Shown one piece after another: positions 13,039 through 23,973 of a DNA stretch of 64,000 bases. Each line of letters opens with the position of its first letter. Position 1 is the first letter of the stretch. Below the pieces are notes generated by a model. It was not told the DNA's origin and did no database searches. It saw only the letters and a program-made list of their open reading frames with translations. The stretch comes from Tubulanus polymorphus (lineage: Eukaryota > Animalia > Nemertea): the NCBI RefSeq assembly GCF_964204645.1, contig NC_134032.1:7614275-7678274 (forward strand), given 5' to 3'. Position numbers and translations under genes: made by a program.

Positions 13039-14011
13039 TAAAAGTTTTCCTTTTTTTGACATAGCTATGGGTTGCACAATATGAACTCCATCCGCCACAT
13101 CTTAAGTCATTGTCGACGCACGCTACACAATTAAACGAAACATCATCCAGTATTTAATATGTTTGTAGCAAAATGATATCGTCATTTATTAATTCCCTAG
13201 CTACGAGAGTGATTCCTGTCGAATAACTTCCGAATAATTTGTCAAATACAACGAGGTCGTAATAAGATTCAATATAGCTATAAAATGCAAATAGTATGTG
13301 GTTGTCTACGGCTTTCTTATGTATTTGGATAACTGAGTTTTTTCACGAAGATAAAGGCAGGCAAAAATAATGAACGTAAAACTTTATTTTATTAATTGCA
13401 GTTTGATAATGGAAGGGAAACGGAAATAATTGAAAATATTTGTTTCAATTACTTGTGAATAAGAAATAAAAGAAATAATAAGAAATAAAACTTTGGCAGG
13501 AATGTGAGAGAAGGAGTGGAAATTATGATGAACTTGATTCAAATGATTGAAAAATAAATGAAGAAACCTCTTTGCAAATGATGAGATTAGAAATTGAGAG
13601 ATGAAAATCACTTTTACAAGTTACTAGATTGAAAATAAATACGGACATTACAAAACAATTTTTTTTCTAATTGAAAAATTGTGATGACTAATTTTTTCAA
13701 TTTTATATTTTTCCTCTAAGTAATTGAAAAAGGCCTTTACAGCTATGTGTTATATTCACATGTACACGTACGCCATATAGGTTAGTAAACACAATATGTG
13801 ATTACATGACAGAACTTCGAATTTTTTATCAGGAGCGGATCCAGAACAATTTTCACTGTTTTTCGAATTTTATCAAGACAATTAAATACTTTGCACGGGG
13901 GACCTTTTGTTGACCTTTTAACGGTCACCAACTAATCAACAGGTCCCCATGCATTACATTAAGCCCCTTCACTGAAAATGTGGTATAGACACTTATTCAA
14001 GTTGACGAAAT

Positions 14012-14209
14012 AGATACTTATTCAAGTTGTCACCGGCAGAACTCGTTTGAAGTTATTATCAAAATTGCACAAAAATTTATAAGGCCTTAGAGGAAAAAAC
14101 ATCATTTTCAAGATACTTATTCAAGTTGTCACCGGCAGAACTCGTTTGAGTTTATTATCAAAATTTAACAAAAATTCATAAGGCCTTAGAGGAAAAAACA
14201 TCATTTTCA
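14012..14209 (+). repeat. 99-bp tandem duplication
   Basis: AGATACTTATTCAAGTTGTCACCGGCAG...CATCATTTTCA occurs twice in tandem. Confidence 0.85.
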
Positions 14210-15044
14210 AGCATCATTGTATTCAAGAAAAACATTGAATGCGGTCTTGGTCCGTTCTCAAACTCCTGGTTACCTTATTTCGTCAAACACTAATGATTTG
14301 CATGACCGACTCTCTAAGTTTTTTAAAGGGTAACTGACACTTTGTTTTTAATTTCAAAATATGATGTATTCTATTGATCTATACACTCATCTTCAACCGT
14401 TCTGTTCCAAAATGTTTAGTTAACGCGCAATTTGTGATTTTGTAACAAGATTTTTGACCTCATTTCGTTGTTTACATCACTTACTGTTCAGCGTCGGCTA
14501 AATCAGCAGGTGCGCGCTGTAACGTCATAACAGGCAGAGCTGAGAAATAGCGTCTATAGAAATGCGTTGAATTTTGAGGAAACTGCGTGTATTTTCTGTT
14601 ATATCTCAATGCCAGATTGTTTTACAGCTTTGAAACTGGCCAGGGAGGTAAAGGGATCTATTGTCTATTGCATAAACCTATTTCAAAGAATCAATGAGTA
14701 ATTTGAATAGGCTAAATCGATCAAATTGAAGATGCAAATTTCAATCCGCTGCTATGAAGCTATTTTAAAGTACACTATGAGTTTTAGGGGTAATGGGCTT
14801 TCAGATCAAAGGTCGAACGGTCGAGCTCATTAAAAAACAAAACATTAAAAGTAATTAAAAACTATAATATATTTTCATAACCGTGTGTATTTTATATTAA
14901 AACTAAATATTTATTCTAAGATATCAATAATTTAAAAAGCATATTGTATTAAATCAATTGGTCGCTCCACTTCGCTACCGCTCCGCTCCGCGACCAATTG
15001 ATTTATTTACAATACACAAATTCATATAATATTATCTGATACAT

Positions 15045-15685
15045 TTCAAAAAACTATTATCTGATAACGATGTAGATTATTTTTCAACACACTCAGATAA
15101 AAAAGCATCTATTATAGAAAGATTTAATAAAACATTGAAAACTAGAATGTGGAAATATTTTACTGCTAATGAAACATATATTTATATCGATGTATTAGAT
15201 GATTTAGTGATAGGTTATAATAATTCTAAACATAGTTCTATAAATATGAAACCTATACAAGCTAGAAAAGAAGATAATTCGGAAATAGTTTGGAATAATT
15301 TATATGGAGCGTTTGTTACACATGATTTCGGTGAACCTAGATTCAAAATTGGACAACACGTAGAATATCTAAATATAGAAAAACATTTTATAAAGGTTAT
15401 ACCCCAAATTTTACTGAAGAAATATTCAAGATTAAAAAGATAATATTAACTAAACCTTTTGTTTATAAATTAGAAGATCTAAAAGATGAAGAAATATTAG
15501 GTTATTTCTATGAACAAGAATTATCACTTGTACCAAATCCAGATGAAATAGAATACAAAATAGAAAAAGTATTGAAAACAAAATCTCTGAAAGGGAAAAA
15601 GTATTCTTTGGTGAAATATAAAGGATACGATGATAAATTTAATGAATGGATTTTATCTAGTAAAATTAAAAGAATAAATGAATAA
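15045..15685 (+). pseudogene. Maverick/Polinton integrase, C-terminal part with chromodomain (5'-truncated, one frameshift ~15360)
   Basis: KASIIERFNKTLKTRMWKYF...YNNSKHSSINMKP...FKIGQHV/RISK...KGYTPNFTEEIFKI...YKLED...GYFYEQEL...LVKYKGYDDKFNEWI. Confidence 0.9.
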
Positions 15686-16289
15686 AGATTTATTTATATT
15701 TGAACCGCATAATATGTTAATAACTGGAGTAACCAATTGTGGTAAAACACATTTCATATTAGATTTGTTAGAAACTATTTATAAGAATCATTTTGATAAT
15801 ATAATATTATTCTGTCCTACTTATGAAATGAATAAAACATATAATAGAGATATAGTTAAGATAAAAAAGTTTATTATATTAAATCCTAAAACAGTAAAAG
15901 AAAATTTAGATAATTGTATAAAAATAGCAATTGATACTTATAAAGGATCAAATACATTATTCATTGTAGATGATTGCGCAAATTTACATGATTCAAAAGT
16001 TAGAGAAAGTGAGTTATGTTATTTAGCTTTTTCTGGTAGACATTTCGGGATAACAACATGGGTTTTAAATCAAAAATATAATTCAATTGTTAAAGACTTT
16101 AGGGAGAATATAAGATTTCTAGTTTTATTTTATAACAAAGATAAAAAATCTATGCAACAATCATTGGAAGAAAATCAAATTATACCTACTGAATTACATG
16201 ATGAATATATGAATAAATTAAAGAATAATAAAGGTTCAAAATTATTAATGAGATTACAATTTCCATATGAATATAAATTTATAAAATAA
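15678..16289 (+). CDS. Maverick/Polinton DNA-packaging ATPase (A32/FtsK-HerA-like)
   Basis: Open 203-aa ORF with Walker A GVTNCGKT, Walker B LFIVDD, GRH arginine finger and LNQ sensor; overlaps the integrase stop by 8 nt. Confidence 0.88.
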   Translation: MNKDLFIFEPHNMLITGVTNCGKTHFILDLLETIYKNHFDNIILFCPTYEMNKTYNRDIVKIKKFIILNPKTVKENLDNCIKIAIDTYKGSNTLFIVDDCANLHDSKVRESELCYLAFSGRHFGITTWVLNQKYNSIVKDFRENIRFLVLFYNKDKKSMQQSLEENQIIPTELHDEYMNKLKNNKGSKLLMRLQFPYEYKFIK

Positions 16290-16319
16290 AATCCTAATTT
16301 GGCATATTAAAGAAACTAA

Positions 16320-16687
16320 TTTATATATCTATGTATTAGACGTACGAGTAAGAAAGTAAGATTCTTACCTTTTTACTTTCTTGGCAAGAATCTTGGATTC
16401 TTACGTACGTCTAGTCCATAGAAACATGAATTATTAAATGAAATATATAATAATGAATAAATCATATATTAAAACTATATTTATAATTTATGTTTATAAT
16501 TTATATTTATAATTTATGTTTATAATTTATGTTTATAATTTATGTTTATAATTTATGTTTATAATTTATGTTTATAATTTATGTTTATAATTTATGTTTG
16601 TAATTTATGTTTATAATTTATATTTCTTGGCAAGGATTCTTGGATTCTTACTTTCTTACTCATACGTCTAGTGCATAGATATATAAA
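16320..16687. repeat. ~45-bp inverted repeats enclosing a 13-bp minisatellite (TTATAATTTATGT, ~11 copies, 16481-16624)
   Basis: TTTATATATCTATGTATTAGACGTACGAGTAAGAAAGTAAGATTC vs GATTCTTACTTTCTTACTCATACGTCTAGTGCATAGATATATAAA. Confidence 0.85.
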
Positions 16688-18026
16688 TATTTTTATAGAT
16701 ATATAAATAGTTTTATAATAATTATTCTAATTTTGTTTCCAATATATTTATAAAATCATCTTTGTTTATATCAAATTCATCAGAAGTATTTGGCATATTT
16801 ATTAATTCTATTTCACCCTGAGAAAATACTCGTCATTTTTTCTCGGTATATGTTTTATAATAATTTATTCGAAATCACCTTATGAAGCTACCCCGGCTAT
16901 GCACTTGAAGTGAAAGCTCGTAACTTCAGATGGAATCGTTCAACATCTCGGAATCTCTCAAACTCTGAAAAAGTGAAAAGTTGATTGCAAAAAAGACGAG
17001 TTAGAATTTATCAAATTTCCATTTTTTCACTGTAAACGATTTTCCTTCAGTACATTTGTATAATTTGGGAATTCCTCTTGGATATTTTGCCCCGTTGTTG
17101 ACGATATTTCAAGGTTATCGTGAAGAGTTTGCCCACTATGCTTAATTCATCATTTTTCAATAGATTCAGTTTATCTACCGCTGAGAAAATCCATCCTTGC
17201 CAAAAGCAGTTACATTTCCTGTATAGCGTGAAGGCTAAATACGTGTTGTTTCTGTCTTTTTAGACAAATCCAGAATTCGAGGAATACAAAAGTAACTACT
17301 ATTTTGTCCGTCTTTTGTTTGCTAATTATATATAAAGATAAACCTAAAAATGTATAGCTAAAAATAAATGTTTTCTCGCAGGGACGCATATGGGAGAGTT
17401 TTCAGGAAACTTCGAAGGGGATGTGGCTGGAATTTTTGACAAGCGTAATTCAATTATCTGATTGATGCTTGTTAAACTTGTTATCGATGTGAATTTCACT
17501 TCAGAAACGCGGCCAGCAGTTTTAGAAAATTGACCGACGGATAAGTCTACTACGATATGTCGGCTGTGAGTACGTATTCAAAGTTATGGCTTGGACATCA
17601 TCCAAGAGAAAACATCCCCTTACTCGCGCAAACTGGGAACGCGGAAAATTTGTTCTCGGCTAAGCGAAAACCAAAGTTAAGAAAAGGAAAATGCGTCAGG
17701 AGGTCTGAAAATAATTTATTTTCTGTACTGAGACGGTCACGATTGAATCTTAAAAGATTTGGCACATAATTTCGACCCCCAAAATAGATTCTTAAGTACA
17801 GGGCTCACTTGCACTTTCATTAAGTCCAAAAATCGAAAATCGTAAGACTTGTCTTAGATTGGTAATAGAACAAATAGGTAATTTTATCCTCGTCATTAGT
17901 TATTAGATTGGTTATGGAACAAATATGATCTTAGACTTGTCTATAGTTGTTGACTAATCAGTTGGGTATCAAAATATCCGTGATAAGATAGTGAGCAAAA
18001 AGCCAACAATGAATGAATGAATCTAA

Positions 18027-18742
18027 GGCCTCTCCAAAAGAAAACCCTTTTTCTCGCGCCCGACCGACCCGATATTTCGTCGTTTCAAATAATCATATTC
18101 CGAATAAAATTTTGATTGCCTATCGACTCCTATTAAAAATTTTGGGTGATATAGAACGATAACCACACTCAAACGTGGTGAACGGATAATAAGATAAAAG
18201 AAAACCCTATCTACAGATTAAAAGAATGGGTGATATAACTTTTTTGGGTGATATAACTTTTTTCCAAAAATGTATATGTGGCCGACCGACTACCAAACTC
18301 TCGATTCTCGTAAATATTTTTTTTCTTTTTAATCAAATCGCGAAGTCGGCACTGAGATCCACATCATAGAAATATTTTATTACATCGGATTTTACAATTT
18401 GATTCTGGAAATGGTGCAGCCATGCTCAGACTAATATGGCATTGATGGCAAGACCTTAGATAGTAAAATTCCAGCAATTCCTTGAAATATGTTCAAAATA
18501 AAGTTTTTTTATAGGTAATTGCACAAACATTTCAATTTCCTTTTATTATTGTGGTCTAGTAGCTGTTAATCATATTCCTGGCTACAAATTTGGTCCAGTA
18601 AAAAGTATTTACGGCGACCTATACCCACTGTAAGAAGAAAAACCGAAATTTTTTTTCTATAAAAAGAAAAAAAGAATCCCTGCCTACTGGGCCATTTTGG
18701 TGATTGCTCCGCCCGAGGAACAGGATTTTTTTTGGCGTGGCC
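18027..18742. mobile_element. MITE, PIF/Harbinger-like, with a nested Penelope pLTR fragment (18153-18226)
   Basis: Imperfect TIRs GGCCTCTCCAAAAGAAAACCC / GGATTTTTTTTGGCGTGGCC with TAA on both flanks. Confidence 0.65.
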
Positions 18743-19094
18743 TAACCTGTATATTTTGAAAATATTTCGGATAATAGCTCGTATTTATATGATAAGTCAT
18801 TTTAGTCGGAAGAAGAGTTGTAGCACCCACCAGAAATATTTATGATTTTTAAAATAAAAACTTTTTAGATTCATTCATTTATTGTATTTGTTGATTGGTT
18901 CAATGAGCATAAAATTCTAATACTGGTCTTAACTTGTAAGATTGGCTTTATAACCAAGATAATCTTATAACTAAGCCATGTTTAAGCAACTGGCCCCCAT
19001 ATAGAGTGGGGCCCACGAAGACTGCGTGCAAGTTAATGGGCACTATCCCTAATACAAACTTCAATAATCCAATCCAGTTTTGTTTTTATTCAAG

Positions 19095-19913
19095 GCTCTT
19101 ATGCTCAATCGAATATTCGCGCTGCTTTGAAAGAATTACAAGATAAAGTTGGCTCATGCCTGCAATTTATAGAAAAAACATACCAAGCGAACTACATCTC
19201 AATATCAAGCTCAAGCGGGTAAGTTAGTACGAAAAAGCAGATATCGTACGGTATATTAAGCTTTTAACCTTTATATGTATTAAACATATAATTATAAGAC
19301 AATCTACAATTGATGATTTGAAAATAAGGACCATTCAACTGACTGTTCAGTGCTGTACTTGTACTAGAAAAGTTTCACGTGATATCATCATAGTTTTTTT
19401 TCACAAATTAGCGACAGGGACTTATATACGTAGCCAACGAAAACAAATAATCAGGGCCATCAGCACTGTCATGCCTTCGATTTTATATCAGCTGAAGCAT
19501 GTCTTAGTTCCATGGTCAGAAAATATATAAGTTACGACGGGTCTCAAGACTTGCACATAATCACACTTGATAATCAGGGGATTTATAAACTCCGAAAGTC
19601 TGCCATGTAAATCAATCATCATTGGACTATTTATACAGTTTTCGAAAAAGAAAAGCCCGTTAGACCTCGGTATATTTCGACCTGACATTCCGTTCATTTT
19701 CTCAGATGATTCAAAGGATCTGTCTATTTTCAGATGTTGGTCGTACGTTGGTATGATTGGTGGTCGCGTCATCGATGTCACTGCAAGAAAACGGATGTCT
19801 CGGAATAGGAACGATCCAGCACGAGTTTCTGCACGGCCTCGGATTCCAGCAAGAGCAGTGTAGATCAGACCGTGACACTTATCTGACCATCAATTGGGAA
19901 AACATATCACCAG
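19095..19913 (+). pseudogene. Astacin-family (M12A) metalloprotease exons 19095-19218 and 19734-19913
   Basis: Spliced: ...IRAALKELQDKVGSCLQFIEK...YISISSSSG|[11 protein letters not shown] (frameshift) [45 protein letters not shown]; third Zn ligand His replaced by Gln. Confidence 0.82.
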
Positions 19914-21384
19914 GTATATATGACTTCATTCATAATACCACCGATTAAGCAAAATTTGAATTGTTTTCAGGACCGTATACAGCCAGAAAATGAGATGTTT
20001 CAACCCATCTAAATCAGTTCAGTACCCTCCAGTGTACCTATATCCATTAGATGCACCATATGTAGCCGACCTGAATGCTACTGCTGTTGGTACTAACTTG
20101 TCGGTCATACTCAGTATACATTCCTATAACAATCGCCTCAAACGATTTCCGGATTCGTAGAATGTTATTTGCCCATTCGGTCGTGTTTTGAATTTTGCAA
20201 TTTTGACACAGCTATTGGATATCAAATTATCTTTTAACCACCTCTGTTTAAGTTCTAGGAAAGTGGTTGAGCTCAATGGCCCATTCAGTCATACCATGTG
20301 TTATTTATCCCGTGACGTATCTCCAGGATTTTTCATCCCATATAGCTATTAGCCACATGGAAGATAGGTTTCAGACCAGATTTATCGGGAATCAATTCAA
20401 TTTCTGATTATTGAGTCCTGACTGGCTAAAATGGAATTCAATGGCTGGCTTTATACAAATATCTTGAACTGTTGAACTGGATCATCGATTCCACAACAAT
20501 TTACTTACGCATAACTCAAAAGGTTATAGGGTCTTAGATTGGTCTTAAGTCTAAGCCATGACTATGAAACTGGCCCCAGGTATAAGACCGCAGTCAAGGG
20601 CGAGGTTGTTTATAAGCAGAAGAGAAATGTCTAGAGTGCTGAATAACGTATAACAGCGCCACCTAGCGAATAGACAACAAAACGAATCAGACAATTCTGA
20701 ATAAGAAAATTTCAATTCTGCAACAGAGGAGAGGGTACAATAGTTTATAATAGATAATCAATTTTGAACTGTACTTTTGAATTTTCTAATTGGCAATTTA
20801 CTGAAAAAATCAGAAAAAAAACACAACATTTTAGTAAAGTTTTGTAATTCGGAAGTCAATTTGTAGATAATTCTAATAAGTTAATTCTTCGCTAATAAGC
20901 GTAGGTTTAACAGATTTCATCGTCGTATTAACTAACCAGAATTAATTAAGCATTTTCAATTTCGAATTATCACCTAAATTGGGCCCAGGGCATTAACCCA
21001 ATTGGCTGTGTGAAAAACTAGCAACATATCACAAGTCACGCCTTTACAATCTATCTCGTTGCTTCATATACTCAAGTCGGAATGATGACGTAGTAGCAGC
21101 TTGCAGTTTTTAACAAGAAAGAAATTTCTGAGGATTCAATGAATGAAAGAAGACATAAATGAGTTTAACCCCTGTAGTGACGAATATATTCCTGAATATT
21201 CAATGAAAACATTGGAATAATCCACCTTAAGAAAGTACTAAAAAATAGAAACGGCACAACCCGATAAAACAAGAACTGGAAAATGTAGGAACGTACACAC
21301 TGAATTATAAAATAAACATCCAAGAGTGGAATATTCAAGAAATACCCTAGTGCACAGGTCAATGCTCCGGGCAAAGCTCGCTGT

Positions 21385-21955
21385 CAGCAGACATGGTTAC
21401 GCAATTGTGTTTAGACGTCTCGATTGGCCTCGTCTCGACTGTTGGCCAAGGTGGACTTCGTTTTAGAGTCCACGGTCAAGGTTGCGGTTAACCCTTTTCA
21501 GCAGACATATTTACGCAATCATCACATTTACCTGCTGTCTGCCATATAGTCGAATCGAATAAGTTTCTCGATAAGTTGCCAGCTTCACATTTTGAACCGG
21601 GAACCGGGAACGGGCTACTGGTTTAAAATGAATTTGCAAATGGCATTCTGAATAAGAAGATGAAACGGGAACATTTGCATTGCGACTGTGAAACTATTGA
21701 AATCGGCACAGACATGATGGTAATTTAGACGTCTCGATTAGCCAGGTGGCCGAAGTCAAGGTCGCGGGTAGCTCTTAATAGCGGACATCATGGTTACGCA
21801 ATTATGTTTAACTGCTGTAAGTTTCTCAATAAGTAGCCAGCTTCACATTTTGAACCGGGAACCATGAACCGGGAACTGGGAAGGGGCTACTGGTTCAGCT
21901 CAAAATAAGTTTCTCAATAAGTAGCCAGCTTCACATTTTGAACTGGGAACCACAA
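21385..21955 (+). repeat. Complex modular tandem repeat
   Basis: Three copies each of (C)AGCAGACAT..TTACGCAAT-like and TAAGTTTCTC.ATAAGT.GCCAGCTTCACATTTTGAAC.GGGAACC; two of TTTAGACGTCTCGATT. Confidence 0.75.
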
Positions 21956-22785
21956 CCGTAGAGTAGATACAGAATTTGTCAACAATTAATATTGATTTTC
22001 TGAGCCTCTTTTGAAAACCGATTGATGGCAGCACAATAAGCGCGCGCACCTGCTTTGTTCATTCTCATAGAAAACTAACCGAATACGACCAGCTGTACGC
22101 GCGCAGTTCCGTAGAGAAAACGGATAACGGGATTCGAGCCCACTTCGTTCTAATGTATTCTCAACCAGGTTTTGAAGATCTATATGTAGTCACAAGTTGA
22201 AATTTGTCAGTCGTCTGCGCCTGGTTGGCTGCTGAAAATCGGATAGGCCAAAACTAACGACTTTCGAGGTACATATTCGCTAATTATTTCTTAGGGGTTT
22301 GGGAAAACGAAATTATCTCAACATACCGATGTAGATGGTGCCATAAGCTTTCCGATGATATATGATACATATGGTTAGATACCTCATGAGTGGCTAGCGA
22401 ATGTCATTCGTTTTTGCGTTTTAAGGACTTTTTTAAGTTTGGCGTTTTTCAGCGCCTACAACCTACGTAGCGCTAGCTGCCCAGGCCTTGCCCCTCCTTC
22501 GAACAAGAACTAGTCACTCTTGCACATCCAAAAAATAAGTCTGGTCTCTTAATATCGTTAAAGTTAAGACCTGAATGAAGCCCAGGGGCTGAAGTCAGGT
22601 CTAGCCTGACAGGCCTAGTCCTATTAGGGTACGACATGCCTAGTCCTACTACAATAAATAGTGAAAAAAACAAAATGATTGATGTTGGAAGTTGAGAAAT
22701 TATCAAGTTAGTTAGGCCAGTTATATAATTGTTTCGTTTACATCCTAAAATAGGTTTGGCGGCAGGATTTTATGTAGATTCGGAT

Positions 22786-23319
22786 GGAGTCTCGAACCCC
22801 GAGTTAGTTGGACCAACTATTTCAAATCTCGGGTCGGAATCTGGTCAGTATTTCAAGTCTCGTGAATTAGTCATACATTTGATGGTAAAAAAGTCTGATA
22901 ATTGTTTGTTTACTTTTTAAAACAGGTTTTTCAGCAGCGTTTTTTGTAATTAAGGCGACCTACATTTGTACGGAGTCTCGAACCCCGAGTTAGTTGGACC
23001 AACTATTTCAAATCTCGGGTCGGAATCTGGTCAGTATTTCAAGTCTCGTGAATTAGTCATACATTTGATAGTAAAAAAGCCTAATAATTCTTTTACTTTT
23101 TAAAACAGGTTTTTCGGCAGCGTTTTTTGTAATTAAGGCGACCTACATTTTGTACGGAGTCTCGAACCATGAGTTAGTTGGACCAACTATTTCAAATCTC
23201 GGGTCGGAATCTGGTCAGTATTTCAAGTCTCGTGAATTAGTCATACATTTGATAGTAAAAAAGTCTAATAATTGTTTGTTTACTTTTTAAAACAGGTTTT
23301 TCGGCAGCGTTTTTTTGTA
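22786..23319 (+). repeat. ~185-bp tandem repeat, 3 copies
   Basis: Units start GGAGTCTCGAACC at 22786, 22972 and 23156. Confidence 0.92.
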
Positions 23320-23973
23320 AGACGATGGATAGTGATAAAAGTCTTTCCTCAAAGTCTGGTTCCAGCAAAAGAAAAAAATATTTCCAGGGAAGCAGTTCGA
23401 GAAAAAATTTAAAAAAATTGTTCAAATGGTTTTATCTAGTAAGTTATTGATACAAATATTGTGATTTTTAGTACAATTAAATTTATTCAAAAGTTACTAA
23501 TTTGTTCTTGTAATTATTGTTAGAGGATTCTATGTTCTGTCTCATTTTCGTTCAATTCCCGTATCCAGAAGGTATCGTATACTCCATTCTTTGCAAATGA
23601 CATTTCATCTATACTTGGAGCAATCATTTAATGGTCAAATCGTTACTCCAAGATCACTTGTTATTAACTTGTGGTACATAAGTCAAACGTTCTTCGACTT
23701 CAGCTGAAAATTGTTGTTCATTCGCAGTAAATTTTTGGAAGTTGCATTTGGATTTGTGCCTAATAACTTTAAACAAATTGGGATCACAAATTTCTTCAGA
23801 GTCAAATGAAACAGTATGAATTCGATGAATCATAGTAATTAGGCATAGTTTAAAAACCTAATTTTACTCGTTAACTTAATTTCATCGATGCTTGTCAGAC
23901 CGTCATTTCATTACAATAAAAATGAATCTCTACAAATGAATACAGGCAATGAAAATATTCTGAATTTCATTAG

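Noticed and set aside
22786-23319. CRISPR-like periodicity (also 21385-21955, 37179-37859)
   Set aside because: Whole units repeat with no unique spacers; eukaryotic context, no cas genes.
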